From: an uncultured Nitrososphaerota archaeon
GTDB taxonomy: Archaea > Thermoproteota > Methanomethylicia > Methanomethylicales > Methanomethylicaceae
NCBI GenBank assembly: GCA_964576015.1
Contig: CAZNTO010000002.1
Location: forward strand, 10,081 to 40,123
Direction of reading: 5' to 3'
DNA: 30,043 nt
Position 1 is the stretch's first letter. Every line of letters starts with the position of its first letter. The notes below the pieces were generated by a model that saw nothing but the letters and a program-made list of their open reading frames with translations, had not been told where the DNA came from and did not search any database. The position numbers were made by a program, and so were the translations under genes. Shown here in pieces: positions 17,199-26,362 of this stretch.

Positions 17199-17645
17199 TT
17201 ATTTGCTCTGGTTAAAATCTCTAAAATGACTTATTGTAAGGGCGACTATCTCCGGCCAGTTGCTGGCGCCACCTTTCCCAACGCCTGGACACTCCTCATC
17301 GTATATGATAAAATATTTTTCGCCGTCTTCTCCAACAAGGCAGATTGCCGCATCTGGTACCTTAATCCCAAAACGCACCAAATCGGCCATATTGACAGCG
17401 AAGAACGGATAGACCCTACAGAGCTTGGGGCGAGATTCGTATATTGTGCAGGTCTTATCCTGTAAGAGACTGCAGGTGAGATTTGAGCTGCCCATAACCT
17501 TCTTTGTCGTGCGCCACTTGCTGTCAGCATTATCGCCGAGGCGTGCCATCTCCTCATCGCTAAGCATCACATCAAGAGAGCAGCAACGGGTGCACCTTGA
17601 ACATTGAAAGTGCGTTGAATTTGTAACGAAGTGAAAGTCCGCCAT
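17199..17645 (-). CDS. YkgJ family cysteine-cluster protein (CxxCxxCC)
   Basis: FQCSRCTRCC, CSLL...CTIYESRPKLCRVYPF and CPGVGKG. Confidence 0.88.
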   Translation of the reverse strand: MADFHFVTNSTHFQCSRCTRCCSLDVMLSDEEMARLGDNADSKWRTTKKVMGSSNLTCSLLQDKTCTIYESRPKLCRVYPFFAVNMADLVRFGIKVPDAAICLVGEDGEKYFIIYDEECPGVGKGGASNWPEIVALTISHFRDFNQSK

Positions 17646-17734
17646 AATCGTTCATCCCATCCTATACAAATGCAGGAGAAAAGGTTATTCATCATAGTTA
17701 GATGAGAGCGAGAGCCCCGCCAGATCCCAGTAGC

Positions 17735-17748
17735 AAAGTTTTTAAAAG
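17735..17748 (+). promoter_or_regulatory. BRE-TATA promoter of tRNA-Gly
   Basis: CAAAG-TTTTTAAA about 26-33 nt upstream of the tRNA 5' end. Confidence 0.65.
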
Positions 17749-17771
17749 ATAATACTTCATTAACCGATTGA

Positions 17772-17871
17772 GCGGCCGTAGTCTAGCCTGGTCTAGGACG
17801 TCGGCCTTCCATGGACTTAATAGGTCTGAAGAACGCCGAGGACCCGGGTTCAACTCCCGGCGGCCGCACCA
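17772..17871 (+). tRNA. tRNA-Gly(TCC) with a 22-nt BHB intron at position 37/38 (17812-17833), CCA encoded
   Basis: Acceptor GCGGCCG/CGGCCGC, anticodon stem TCGGC/GCCGA, BHB with helix CTTC/GAAG and bulges CA^T and AA^C, T arm CCGGG/CCCGG, 3' ACCA. Confidence 0.95.
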
Positions 17872-17965
17872 CCCTAACCGAATAGTGTTAAAGTCCTGTT
17901 TTTTAGGAATGCTTATTCTGTAAGCAGTGAGATCAGTTACTACCACTTTCATCTTGGACTATTAT

Positions 17966-18877
17966 TTATGCGCTCAGAAAGATTCCCACTGTTTCTAGCA
18001 ATGCCGCGATTGCATACAAGGAAATGGCACTGAAGGTTAACCAAGAGTAACGCGTCTTCCCTACCTCCACCGCCTGTCTCGCTAGGACCATAGTAACGAT
18101 GGCAATTGGGACTGCAAAGAGAGCGAGCGCCACTGGTCTGGGCAATAGGGTCATTGACAGGAGAGCGATGAGCCCAAATGCACCCAATGTTATAGCAGAC
18201 ACCAGTGCTTGCCCTCGCTTGCTTCCAAGCCGCACGAGGAGGGTGCGCTTGCCTACTGCGCGGTCGGTCTCGATATCTGGGAACTCGAAGAAGACAAGCA
18301 TCATCCAGTTTATGGCAACGAGCGGAGCGGTAGCAAGGACGACGAAATATCCAAAGTGACCCGCCTGCAACTGGTAGCCGAGCAATGGAACCAGAAGAGA
18401 AACCATCAAGGCGACAACTAGTTCGCCGAAGCCAGTACTGGAGAGTTTCAAGGGTGGCCCAGAATATGAGAATACGCCCACAAGCCCCAAAGCGAAGATC
18501 ATCATGGAGGTGGCTCCTGCCCCGAACCATATACTTAATCCGAGTATAGCTGAACTGCCTACAAATAAGCAAACGAGAGCCGCCAGAAGTGCCGTGCGCC
18601 TTGATATCTCGCCTGTTGGTAGGATCCCACTCCCGCCTGTGAAGAACGTGCGATTGGGGTTGATGCGGTCACCCTCCACATCCCAATACTCATTGAGGTA
18701 GTGCCCCATCAGTTGGGTGGACGTAACAGCTATCTGTCCAAGGCCGTAAACAGATAACCCGATCGTAAATCCCTCGTAACGCGCCACCAATGCCCCCAGC
18801 GCGTACATCACGATGCCGCCGACTAGAAAGATAGGGCGGCTGAGGCGTATAAAGGAGGTAATTTTTCTTGTATTCAC
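17966..18877 (-). CDS. UbiA-superfamily prenyltransferase, MenA-like
   Basis: Motifs NEYWDVEGD, TGGSG, YSGPPLKL..GFGE and FPDIETDRAVGKRTL, with many transmembrane segments. Confidence 0.85.
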   Translation of the reverse strand: MNTRKITSFIRLSRPIFLVGGIVMYALGALVARYEGFTIGLSVYGLGQIAVTSTQLMGHYLNEYWDVEGDRINPNRTFFTGGSGILPTGEISRRTALLAALVCLFVGSSAILGLSIWFGAGATSMMIFALGLVGVFSYSGPPLKLSSTGFGELVVALMVSLLVPLLGYQLQAGHFGYFVVLATAPLVAINWMMLVFFEFPDIETDRAVGKRTLLVRLGSKRGQALVSAITLGAFGLIALLSMTLLPRPVALALFAVPIAIVTMVLARQAVEVGKTRYSWLTFSAISLYAIAALLETVGIFLSA

Positions 18878-18932
18878 AGATCAATACCTTGACGAAGTCT
18901 TTTTTATTTATTCGCTTGCCAGGGGCTAGGAG

Positions 18933-20204
18933 CTAACGGTGCTTGAAGGCACCCAAGCCCAGATATCTTGCTCGCGTTCCCAATAGCTCCTCTATCCTTA
19001 GGAGCTGGTTGTACTTGGAGACTCTCTCCCCCCTCGCAGGTGCACCCGTCTTTATCTGCCCACTGCCCAAGGCAACTGCAAGGTCGGCTATATAGCAGTC
19101 CTCGGTCTCCCCTGACCTGTGGCTGACCACCACCGTGTACCCGCTCTTAACGGCAAACTTGGCGACTTCTATTGACTCTGTGAGGGTGCCTATCTGGTTC
19201 ACCTTGAGGAGGATGGAGTTGGCGGCACCTATCCCCACGCCCTTTCTGAACCTCTTCATGTTGGTAACGAAGAGGTCGTCCCCAACTATCTGTATCTTAT
19301 TCCCGAGCTTTTTTGTAATCAATACAAATGAATGGTAATCGTTCTCATCGAAGGGATCCTCGATGGAGATTATGGGATACTGCTTTACAAGACCAGAGTA
19401 GTAGTCCAAGAGTTCGCCAGGCGAGAGTGTCTTGCCATCCACCGAGTACTCGCCGTCCTTGAAGAAGCTGGAGGCAGCGGCATCGATGGCCAGCCTCACT
19501 TCCTTTTGATATCCCGCCCTCTCTATAGCATCTACTAGCGGACCGAATGCATCCCCAGACTTTGAGACTGGAGGGGCAAACCCGCCCTCGTCCCCGACAT
19601 TTATCGCCAACAGGCCGTAGCGGTCTATGAGGATCTTCTTGAGTTCCATGTAGACTTCAGAGCCTATCCTCAGGGCATCCCTTATGGAGTCCGCACCAAC
19701 CGGCACGATCATGAACTCTTGAATCGCCAGGTTGTTCCCGGCGTGCTTTCCTCCGTTTATGATGTTCATTAGCGGTACAGGCAGGATCCTCGACCCTTTA
19801 TCTAAGTATTTGAAGAGTGGCACCTTTGCGGTATCTGCCGCGGCCTTCGCAACGGCAAGCGATACTCCGAGTATGGCGTTCGCACCGAGCTTGGACTTGT
19901 TCTCTGTCCCGTCTAGCTGGACCATTCTAGCATCAATCTTGGAGAGAGAGCGAGAGTCCATTCCAATAACTGCGGGAGCAATAACCTCATTAACATTGCG
20001 GCAGGCCTTAAGAACACCCTTTCCGTGGTACCTCTTTCCTCCGTCCCGTAGCTCTATAGCCTCATATGTGCCGGTGGATGCCCCTGAAGGCACCGATGCT
20101 CTGCCGAAGCCGCCTTCCGTGAACACCTCCGCCTCAACAGTTGGGTTGCCCCTCGAATCGAGGATCTCTCTAGCCATTACCTTTTTTATCATAAATTTAC
20201 TCAT
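18933..20204 (-). CDS. eno: Enolase (phosphopyruvate hydratase)
   Basis: Motifs [48 protein letters not shown] and [13 protein letters not shown] 20204 follows a GGAGTG ribosome-binding site. Confidence 0.97.
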   Translation of the reverse strand: MSKFMIKKVMAREILDSRGNPTVEAEVFTEGGFGRASVPSGASTGTYEAIELRDGGKRYHGKGVLKACRNVNEVIAPAVIGMDSRSLSKIDARMVQLDGTENKSKLGANAILGVSLAVAKAAADTAKVPLFKYLDKGSRILPVPLMNIINGGKHAGNNLAIQEFMIVPVGADSIRDALRIGSEVYMELKKILIDRYGLLAINVGDEGGFAPPVSKSGDAFGPLVDAIERAGYQKEVRLAIDAAASSFFKDGEYSVDGKTLSPGELLDYYSGLVKQYPIISIEDPFDENDYHSFVLITKKLGNKIQIVGDDLFVTNMKRFRKGVGIGAANSILLKVNQIGTLTESIEVAKFAVKSGYTVVVSHRSGETEDCYIADLAVALGSGQIKTGAPARGERVSKYNQLLRIEELLGTRARYLGLGAFKHR

Positions 20205-20211
20205 TCGTAAT

Positions 20212-21402
20212 TCACTCCAACCGGTAGCGATCCAGCTGGTTGAGTACATACTCCCTTATCGCGCTTGGCTTTCGGGTCTTGCCGACAACCCTGCCTTTCG
20301 CCATCACCTTCTCAAGCATAAATCGCGTCTCCCCGCCACATAGATCGCATTTACTGACCTTCTCGCTGAAGGGTGTCACTCTCCAGCTGTAGCATTTCTC
20401 GCAGCGCCATGCCTGCTTCCTGCCTGCATACTTTCCGCGCTTTGTCATGGGTCTCCCGTCTATTTCCACAATATCCATTGAGAAGTCCACCGTAGGGGCA
20501 TTTGCCACCGAGGTACCCACGCCAAACCCGTCAACAGGACCCTCCGCGAGGCTTGAGACGGACCTCTCGTTCAGCCCTCCTGAAACGTAAATCTTCACTT
20601 TCTTGTACCCCCTGATGTCGAGCTCCCACCGCACCTCCCTGACTATTTCAATGAAGTCCCCCCTTCTAGAGCCAGGAGTGTCCAGTCTTACCCCATAGAG
20701 GCTTTTACCTAGGGTCTCTGCTGCGAGTATGGACTCGAACTTTTCGTCGCAGAGCGTGTCCACAAGGGCTATTCTGGGGACACTCTTCTCCACAACCTCA
20801 TCGAAAGCCCTCCATGCAGCCCTCTGATCTTCAAAGAGGAGTATCATAGGGTGGGGCATGGTTCCAGCTGGTTTTATGCCCAGCAGCTTTGCGCCAGCTA
20901 CTCCAGAGACGCCGTCGAACCCGCCTATGTATGCAGATCTGTCAAGCATAGGTGCCAGGGCTGGGTGCATACGCCTTATGCCGAAGGCGAAGACATGCTT
21001 ACCTCTCGCCGCCTTCTTAACCCTAGCGGCTGAGGTAGCAACGCCAGAGGCTTGGCAGAGGAGACCTACCGTGGCGGTCTCAACGCTCACGAAGGAGTTG
21101 TACCTACCGATAATGGCCATTTGGGGGAGGCGGAAGCCCCTTGAGTCCTTCGTTGGGAAGATTGTCCCCTCCGGCAGGGCATAAACGTCCACTGGTAGAC
21201 CCTCATAGAGGTTGAGGACCTCATCAAGGCCACAGAGTACGCCCCACTTCCATTCCTCGGGGAGTTTGCCGACCGTCACCTCAGCCACTACTGGTTTGTT
21301 TATCCCCTTAGCATCGAGGACCTCCTTTGTCCTCAGGTAGTAGATGTCCGAGGTATCCCCGGACCTGATCTCGTCATCGGTTGCTACATAAAACCGCCGC
21401 AT
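20212..21402 (-). CDS. pncB: Nicotinate phosphoribosyltransferase
   Basis: Motifs [43 protein letters not shown] and FGVGT, with a C-terminal CxxC...CxxC. Confidence 0.92.
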   Translation of the reverse strand: MRRFYVATDDEIRSGDTSDIYYLRTKEVLDAKGINKPVVAEVTVGKLPEEWKWGVLCGLDEVLNLYEGLPVDVYALPEGTIFPTKDSRGFRLPQMAIIGRYNSFVSVETATVGLLCQASGVATSAARVKKAARGKHVFAFGIRRMHPALAPMLDRSAYIGGFDGVSGVAGAKLLGIKPAGTMPHPMILLFEDQRAAWRAFDEVVEKSVPRIALVDTLCDEKFESILAAETLGKSLYGVRLDTPGSRRGDFIEIVREVRWELDIRGYKKVKIYVSGGLNERSVSSLAEGPVDGFGVGTSVANAPTVDFSMDIVEIDGRPMTKRGKYAGRKQAWRCEKCYSWRVTPFSEKVSKCDLCGGETRFMLEKVMAKGRVVGKTRKPSAIREYVLNQLDRYRLE

Positions 21403-21461
21403 AACGATTCCCCTGTTGGAGCGTACGATAATAAAAATGGTAGGGCGTCCTTAAATATGCT

Positions 21462-23669
21462 TCAGTCGTAGTCCTCGATGGAGAGTTGTTTCGTCCCCCT
21501 CTTCGATTTTACCATTGACCACTCCTCCTTTGAGACGGTACCTCCCGCCTGCTCCTTGATCGACCTAATGGTCTCGGGGCCTATCGTAGGGATCCGGTTC
21601 AGCTCCGTTGGGGATGCCCTCCTCAGATCATCGATTGTCTTTAAGCCAGCGGAAAATAGAGCTCTAGCTCTCACCCTACCGATACCCCTGAGCGAGATAA
21701 GGGGGAGTAGCTCCTCTTTGATGCCATTCTCAACCCTTATCGAAAGGTTGAGGAGAGGTGCCAATGCCTCCTTGTAACCCAATAGCTTGGCTAGCTCGTG
21801 CGCTGCGTGGACGAGCCATTTCGCTGATTCCACGTATGAGTATATGTCGCCAGAGCCTACATCAAACCTCTCGACGATCCCGTCTTCTGGTGATTCCTCG
21901 ATCCAGTCCTTCAATAAGAGGGCGGTCTTGATCTCCTCAAGCAGTACCTCGTACTCAAGGCACTCATCCTCCGGCAGGTCGAATAGCAGCAGGTCAGATT
22001 TGGCCTCAAGGAACGCTGTAACTGCCTCCAGCTCCCGCTTCCTCAGGTAGAGCCGCGGCATATCAGGGGTGTGGCATATGAGTGTAAGGTAACTGACCGG
22101 GGGCATGCCAGACCTTCGCATCTTTAGACCGTTTCTGAGTATTACTGCAGACTTGGGGTCGATGTAGAGCTCGGCGACCCTCTTTCCCAGCGCGGTGGGT
22201 ATAAGTTTCATACCATCTGACTTTACCATCCCCTCGGAGGTCAGCATCTCCAGCGACTCCAGCACCGCGCTCCTGAAGGAGTTTATTCCATACTGATAGC
22301 CGCATAATGACCTCTCCAGATAGTCGAAGACATCCTCCTGCGAGTGCGCCAAGCCCATGGTTATGGTAGCGAGGATGTGAGACCTGAGGGAGGACGCCGC
22401 CCCCAGCTTCGACCACACCCTCTCGGGCTTTGACAGCACGTACTCCTCTAATAGGAAGTCCCGCTCAGCCTCGCTCCTCGCCAGCAGTATGGCCTCGCCG
22501 CTGGTATCGTACTTAGGCCTGCCGGCTCTCCCAGCCATTTGCTTCTCCTCAAGAACGGGTATATTGGTTTGGCCTATTCCGGCCTCGTAGCGCCTATAAT
22601 CATAGATCAGGACGCGCCTTGCGGGTAGGTTAACGCCTGACGCAAGAGTTGGGGTGGCACAAATGCACTTGATCATGAAAGAGCGGAATGCGTCCTCTAC
22701 AGCCTTACGCTGTTCGTAGGTAAGGCCAGCGTGGTGGAAGGCGACGCCACTGGCGACGGCCCTTGCAAGCCTTTCCGAGACGCGGGTCCTCTCCCCCATC
22801 TTCAGTATCTTGGATGAAAGATCAATTAGTTTCCTCTCCTCGCTCCGCTTGAGATGCTTCCTGATGGGCTCCGAAATCCTATTCGCAAGGGTTACGGCAG
22901 AGAGCCTGCTGCCTGTGAAAACGAGCATCTGGCCGCCGGATCTTATTACGTCCACGGCGAGGTTGGCGACCGGGTCCTTCTCCTCGCTCTCGATCTTCTT
23001 GTGCTGACCGTCCTTGAATACCACGGACTGTTGGAAGTATACGCCTTCCAGCAGGGGCACAGGTCTCCAGTCGCTGGTTATGGGCGTGGAGCTGAGCCAT
23101 CCCGCTATCTCGTCGGCGTTGCTTATGGTTGCACTCAGAGCGAGTATCTGCGCCTTCGGATTTAGGAGGCGGAATCCCGTAAGTAATGCCTCGAGGGTTG
23201 GCCCCCTTGACCCGTCGCCAAGCAGGTGGATTTCGTCTGCCACAATGAGCGAGAGGGAGTTGACCCAGCCGGGCCTGTGGCGAAATATGGAGTCTGCCTT
23301 CTCGTTGGTCGCGATGATTATGTCGTTCCTGCCAAGAGTAGGGTTGACGTAATCAAAGTCACCAGTGGAGAGGATTACCTTGACCCCGATCTTGGTGAAC
23401 TTTGAAAACTCTTCGTACTTCTCGGTGGCGAGAGCCTTCAAAGGGACTAGGTAGAGGACCTTCCCGCCCCTCTCCATAACATGCTTGAGCGCACAGATCT
23501 CGGCGACCATCGTTTTGCCCGAGGCTGTGGGGACTGCCAAGACGAGGTTCTTTCCTTCTAGAACCCCAGCCCTCACCGCCTCCTCCTGCGGCGGGTAGAG
23601 TTCAGTTATGCCCGATTCGCTGTAGAGCTTCTTAGCCTCCTCTCGTATTGGAAGCTCCTCGACCCTAAT
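21462..23669 (-). CDS. hel308: Hel308 (Ski2-like) SF2 DNA helicase. The reading frame extends 5' of the tracked GTG (23576) and the start is probably non-canonical (ATT 23669 or CTG 23687)
   Basis: Q-motif LYPPQ upstream of the tracked start, then PTASGKT, DEIH, ALSAT, HHAGL, TLASGVNLPA, QMAGRAGRP and HhH GIGRVRA. Confidence 0.93.
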   Translation of the reverse strand: MRVEELPIREEAKKLYSESGITELYPPQEEAVRAGVLEGKNLVLAVPTASGKTMVAEICALKHVMERGGKVLYLVPLKALATEKYEEFSKFTKIGVKVILSTGDFDYVNPTLGRNDIIIATNEKADSIFRHRPGWVNSLSLIVADEIHLLGDGSRGPTLEALLTGFRLLNPKAQILALSATISNADEIAGWLSSTPITSDWRPVPLLEGVYFQQSVVFKDGQHKKIESEEKDPVANLAVDVIRSGGQMLVFTGSRLSAVTLANRISEPIRKHLKRSEERKLIDLSSKILKMGERTRVSERLARAVASGVAFHHAGLTYEQRKAVEDAFRSFMIKCICATPTLASGVNLPARRVLIYDYRRYEAGIGQTNIPVLEEKQMAGRAGRPKYDTSGEAILLARSEAERDFLLEEYVLSKPERVWSKLGAASSLRSHILATITMGLAHSQEDVFDYLERSLCGYQYGINSFRSAVLESLEMLTSEGMVKSDGMKLIPTALGKRVAELYIDPKSAVILRNGLKMRRSGMPPVSYLTLICHTPDMPRLYLRKRELEAVTAFLEAKSDLLLFDLPEDECLEYEVLLEEIKTALLLKDWIEESPEDGIVERFDVGSGDIYSYVESAKWLVHAAHELAKLLGYKEALAPLLNLSIRVENGIKEELLPLISLRGIGRVRARALFSAGLKTIDDLRRASPTELNRIPTIGPETIRSIKEQAGGTVSKEEWSMVKSKRGTKQLSIEDYD

Positions 23670-23683
23670 ACTACGCCCTCCGA

Positions 23684-25756
23684 TCAGGTCTTCTTAATAA
23701 AGCCGGGTTTGGACTCGTAGATGATTCCGTCGTTCATCCACTTCGTGATGGTATCGTCGGTAAATTTCCTGAAGAATCCTTCGGTTTCGGCCCGTAAGAT
23801 GAAGGCCTCTCTCTTGATGGGCCCCATCTCGTTCTCCTTCTCCATGGTAATTAAAAGGTCAAAGAGAGCAGAGAGCTTGTCGCTCGCGGACTTGGGGCGG
23901 CCGACCATGATCATGTCAATGTCAGCTTTGCCCGTCGCCCGATCTACTCCAACCTGCATCAGGTATGACTTCATCAGCTTCGTCACTGGCTCCACGTCCT
24001 CCTTTCCAACCTCCTTCTTGAGGGCAAGCTTCGCCCTTGCCTCGGAGAGCCTGATGACAGCCTCGAGCTGTCTCATGGTGATCGGCACCGGTGAGTCGAC
24101 GCCCTCGTCCTTACCGCGCATCTCAAGGAAGAACTTCTCGATCCTCTCGCTCGCCTCTTCGCTCAGCTTCGGGGTGGCGTGTCTCCTTACGTAGTACAGG
24201 TACTTCTTCAGGATGAGGGGGTCGATCATTGATCCTTTCTCTATCTTGAGCCCCTGGTGAAGCCTCAGGATGTGCTCTGTCATGGCCCTGTCCCGCGCCT
24301 CCTCTGGCCTGTCTATCAGTATGAAGATTAGGTCGAACCTTGAGATTATGGTCACGGGGAGTTCTGAGATGTTCTCGGAGATGGATCTCTGCGGGACGTA
24401 CCTGCCGAAGGTCGGGTTCGCTGCGGCAAGTATACTGCTCCTTGCGTTGAGCTGGACAACTATGCCAGCCTTGGCTATGCTGATGGTCTGCTGCTCCATC
24501 GCTTCGTGTATGGCGGAGCGGTCCTCAGGGCGCATCTTGTCGATCTCGTCTATGCAGGCCACGCCCTTGTCCGCTATAACTAGGGCGCCTGCCTCTAGGA
24601 AGAACTCATTCGTATTCTTGTCGCGCATGACGGTGGCTGTCAGGCCTGCAGCTGTGGAACCCTTTCCCGAGGTGTAGACCCCCCTCGGCGCGACCCTGGC
24701 AATGTACTGGAGCAGCTGCGACTTCGCGGTTCCTGGGTCACCAACAAGGAGGATGTTTATGTCTCCCCTTATCTTTATGCCGTCGGGCATGGTCTTGGTG
24801 ACTCCGCCAGCCAGTTGGTATGCAATGGCCTCTTTGATCTCATCGTAGCCGTAGATGGATGGCGCAATGGATCCGAAGATCTTCTGGTAAAGTAGCGGGT
24901 CTTTAGCCAGTTCCTTTATCGCCTTCTCATCCTCAGGTGTTATATGAACCTCCTCGGCACCCTTCTCTGAGATCTCGAGGTGGTTAATCTCAACGCCGGT
25001 GGAGAAGGTGGCGAGTCTATTCCCCTTTGCAGTGAACTCCTGCTTCGCTTGAAGTGTGCCGACAAGGGAGATCCTGTCGCCTGGTCTCGATATATCCACG
25101 AGGTCTCCCTGCAGGACTCCCTCCACGGACCGGGGGAGGTGCCCTGGAGGTAGCTCCTCGGGCCTCTCCTGCAACGAAATCATCTGCCAGTCCACGAAGG
25201 TGGACTCCTCTGGTATTAACCTGAAGAAGCCCCTCCTTCCGCAGTCCTGATTTGAGCACTGTTGAGGTTGGGCTAGAAAGGTGCCAGTCTGATCTACCCT
25301 CATTTTCTCCCCGCACTTCGGGCACTGAAAGACTGCGACCTTCAGGTGTTGCTTTATCGTCGAGGACCTTGTGACTATGCCCTCTACCATGGTTAGTCTA
25401 CCCATATGGGTTGACTTTAGCGTACGGAGCGGTACCACTTCATCGAGCTTCCTGAGCCGGGCTTGGAAGTTTTTAACCTTTGTAGAGTACTGCATGTTCT
25501 CTACGCGCATGACATCGTAGATCGCTTCGTTTGCCTTTGATAACACCTCTGTCGGCTTATCTTTGAGATCTAAGGCAAGATCGGGGTCGAAGGAAATCAG
25601 GTCGTCGAAGTCGATTACAAGGGAAGTCATCCCCTGGGACGCCATCTGGGATATCGCTTCCCTGTACTTGTATGCTCCTTTCTTGTCCTGAAATGACTTT
25701 AGGAAGTTGACGAACCTATCTCGGTAATCCATGACCTCAGCAAGAGCCTCGACCAT
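23684..25756 (-). CDS. mcm: MCM replicative helicase, no intein
   Basis: C4 zinc finger CPKC...CSNQDC, GDPGTAKSQ, IDEIDKM, AAANP, SRFD and RQLE. ATG 25756 preferred because it follows the gins23 stop. Confidence 0.97.
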   Translation of the reverse strand: MVEALAEVMDYRDRFVNFLKSFQDKKGAYKYREAISQMASQGMTSLVIDFDDLISFDPDLALDLKDKPTEVLSKANEAIYDVMRVENMQYSTKVKNFQARLRKLDEVVPLRTLKSTHMGRLTMVEGIVTRSSTIKQHLKVAVFQCPKCGEKMRVDQTGTFLAQPQQCSNQDCGRRGFFRLIPEESTFVDWQMISLQERPEELPPGHLPRSVEGVLQGDLVDISRPGDRISLVGTLQAKQEFTAKGNRLATFSTGVEINHLEISEKGAEEVHITPEDEKAIKELAKDPLLYQKIFGSIAPSIYGYDEIKEAIAYQLAGGVTKTMPDGIKIRGDINILLVGDPGTAKSQLLQYIARVAPRGVYTSGKGSTAAGLTATVMRDKNTNEFFLEAGALVIADKGVACIDEIDKMRPEDRSAIHEAMEQQTISIAKAGIVVQLNARSSILAAANPTFGRYVPQRSISENISELPVTIISRFDLIFILIDRPEEARDRAMTEHILRLHQGLKIEKGSMIDPLILKKYLYYVRRHATPKLSEEASERIEKFFLEMRGKDEGVDSPVPITMRQLEAVIRLSEARAKLALKKEVGKEDVEPVTKLMKSYLMQVGVDRATGKADIDMIMVGRPKSASDKLSALFDLLITMEKENEMGPIKREAFILRAETEGFFRKFTDDTITKWMNDGIIYESKPGFIKKT

Positions 25757-25761
25757 AACAA

Positions 25762-26331
25762 TCACTTCGTTTCTTCGGTGAGGATCTTCTGCCTCCACTC
25801 CTCCATCTCCGCTCTCAGAGCGTTGAAGAGGCCTCTCTCTTCAGGCTCCAGCGTGTCGATAACGGTCTTGGCAGGGTTCCTCTCGAAGGACAGGTGGAGT
25901 ATTTTCTGCAGTCTGCAGTTAATAAGGTCTTGTGCCTTCATAAAGACCTGCCTCTGCTCGTTAAGAGTGGTCTGCGTAGGGTTCTGCCTGATGCTTGAGT
26001 TCAGCGTGAGGATTAGATCCCTGAGCTTGGGGTAGAAATGCGGGGGCAGTTGAGAGAGCATCTCGTTCCTCTCCTCCTTCCAGCAGAGTTTGTAAAGTTC
26101 GCTAGACCTCAGTTGCTGAGTCTCTTCGAACATCAGCTTCACCACTCCCTCCGCCTCCAAGGCCTTGGCTGCCCAGAGCGGAAGCTTAGCCTCGCTGCCC
26201 TCCACGAAGGCTTTCATCTGCAGGCCGCCGATCTTTGTGGGTGGAAGGGGCTTCTGGAATATTACGCCCACCGGCTCCTCCTCGTACAGGAATTCTGAAG
26301 TTTTTATATCCTCGGACGCCCTGCGAGACAT
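25762..26331 (-). CDS. gins23: GINS complex subunit, Gins23 type
   Basis: LPLWAAKALE, LPPHFY, LINCRLQKI and LEPEERGLF, immediately upstream of mcm. Confidence 0.85.
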   Translation of the reverse strand: MSRRASEDIKTSEFLYEEEPVGVIFQKPLPPTKIGGLQMKAFVEGSEAKLPLWAAKALEAEGVVKLMFEETQQLRSSELYKLCWKEERNEMLSQLPPHFYPKLRDLILTLNSSIRQNPTQTTLNEQRQVFMKAQDLINCRLQKILHLSFERNPAKTVIDTLEPEERGLFNALRAEMEEWRQKILTEETK

Positions 26332-26362
26332 ACTCAGATCTCTCTCCGATACTCCAATTAAG

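Noticed and set aside
15884-17798. Near-identical 25-nt stretch at 15884-15908 and 17774-17798 as attL/attR of an integrated element
   Set aside because: Both copies are the acceptor/D-arm of two complete, different tRNAs. This is ordinary tRNA conservation, and no integrase is present.
5233-21402. An NAD-salvage cluster (CinA-like, prs, pncB)
   Set aside because: The genes are kilobases apart in different operons, so co-occurrence in the window is not evidence of a system.
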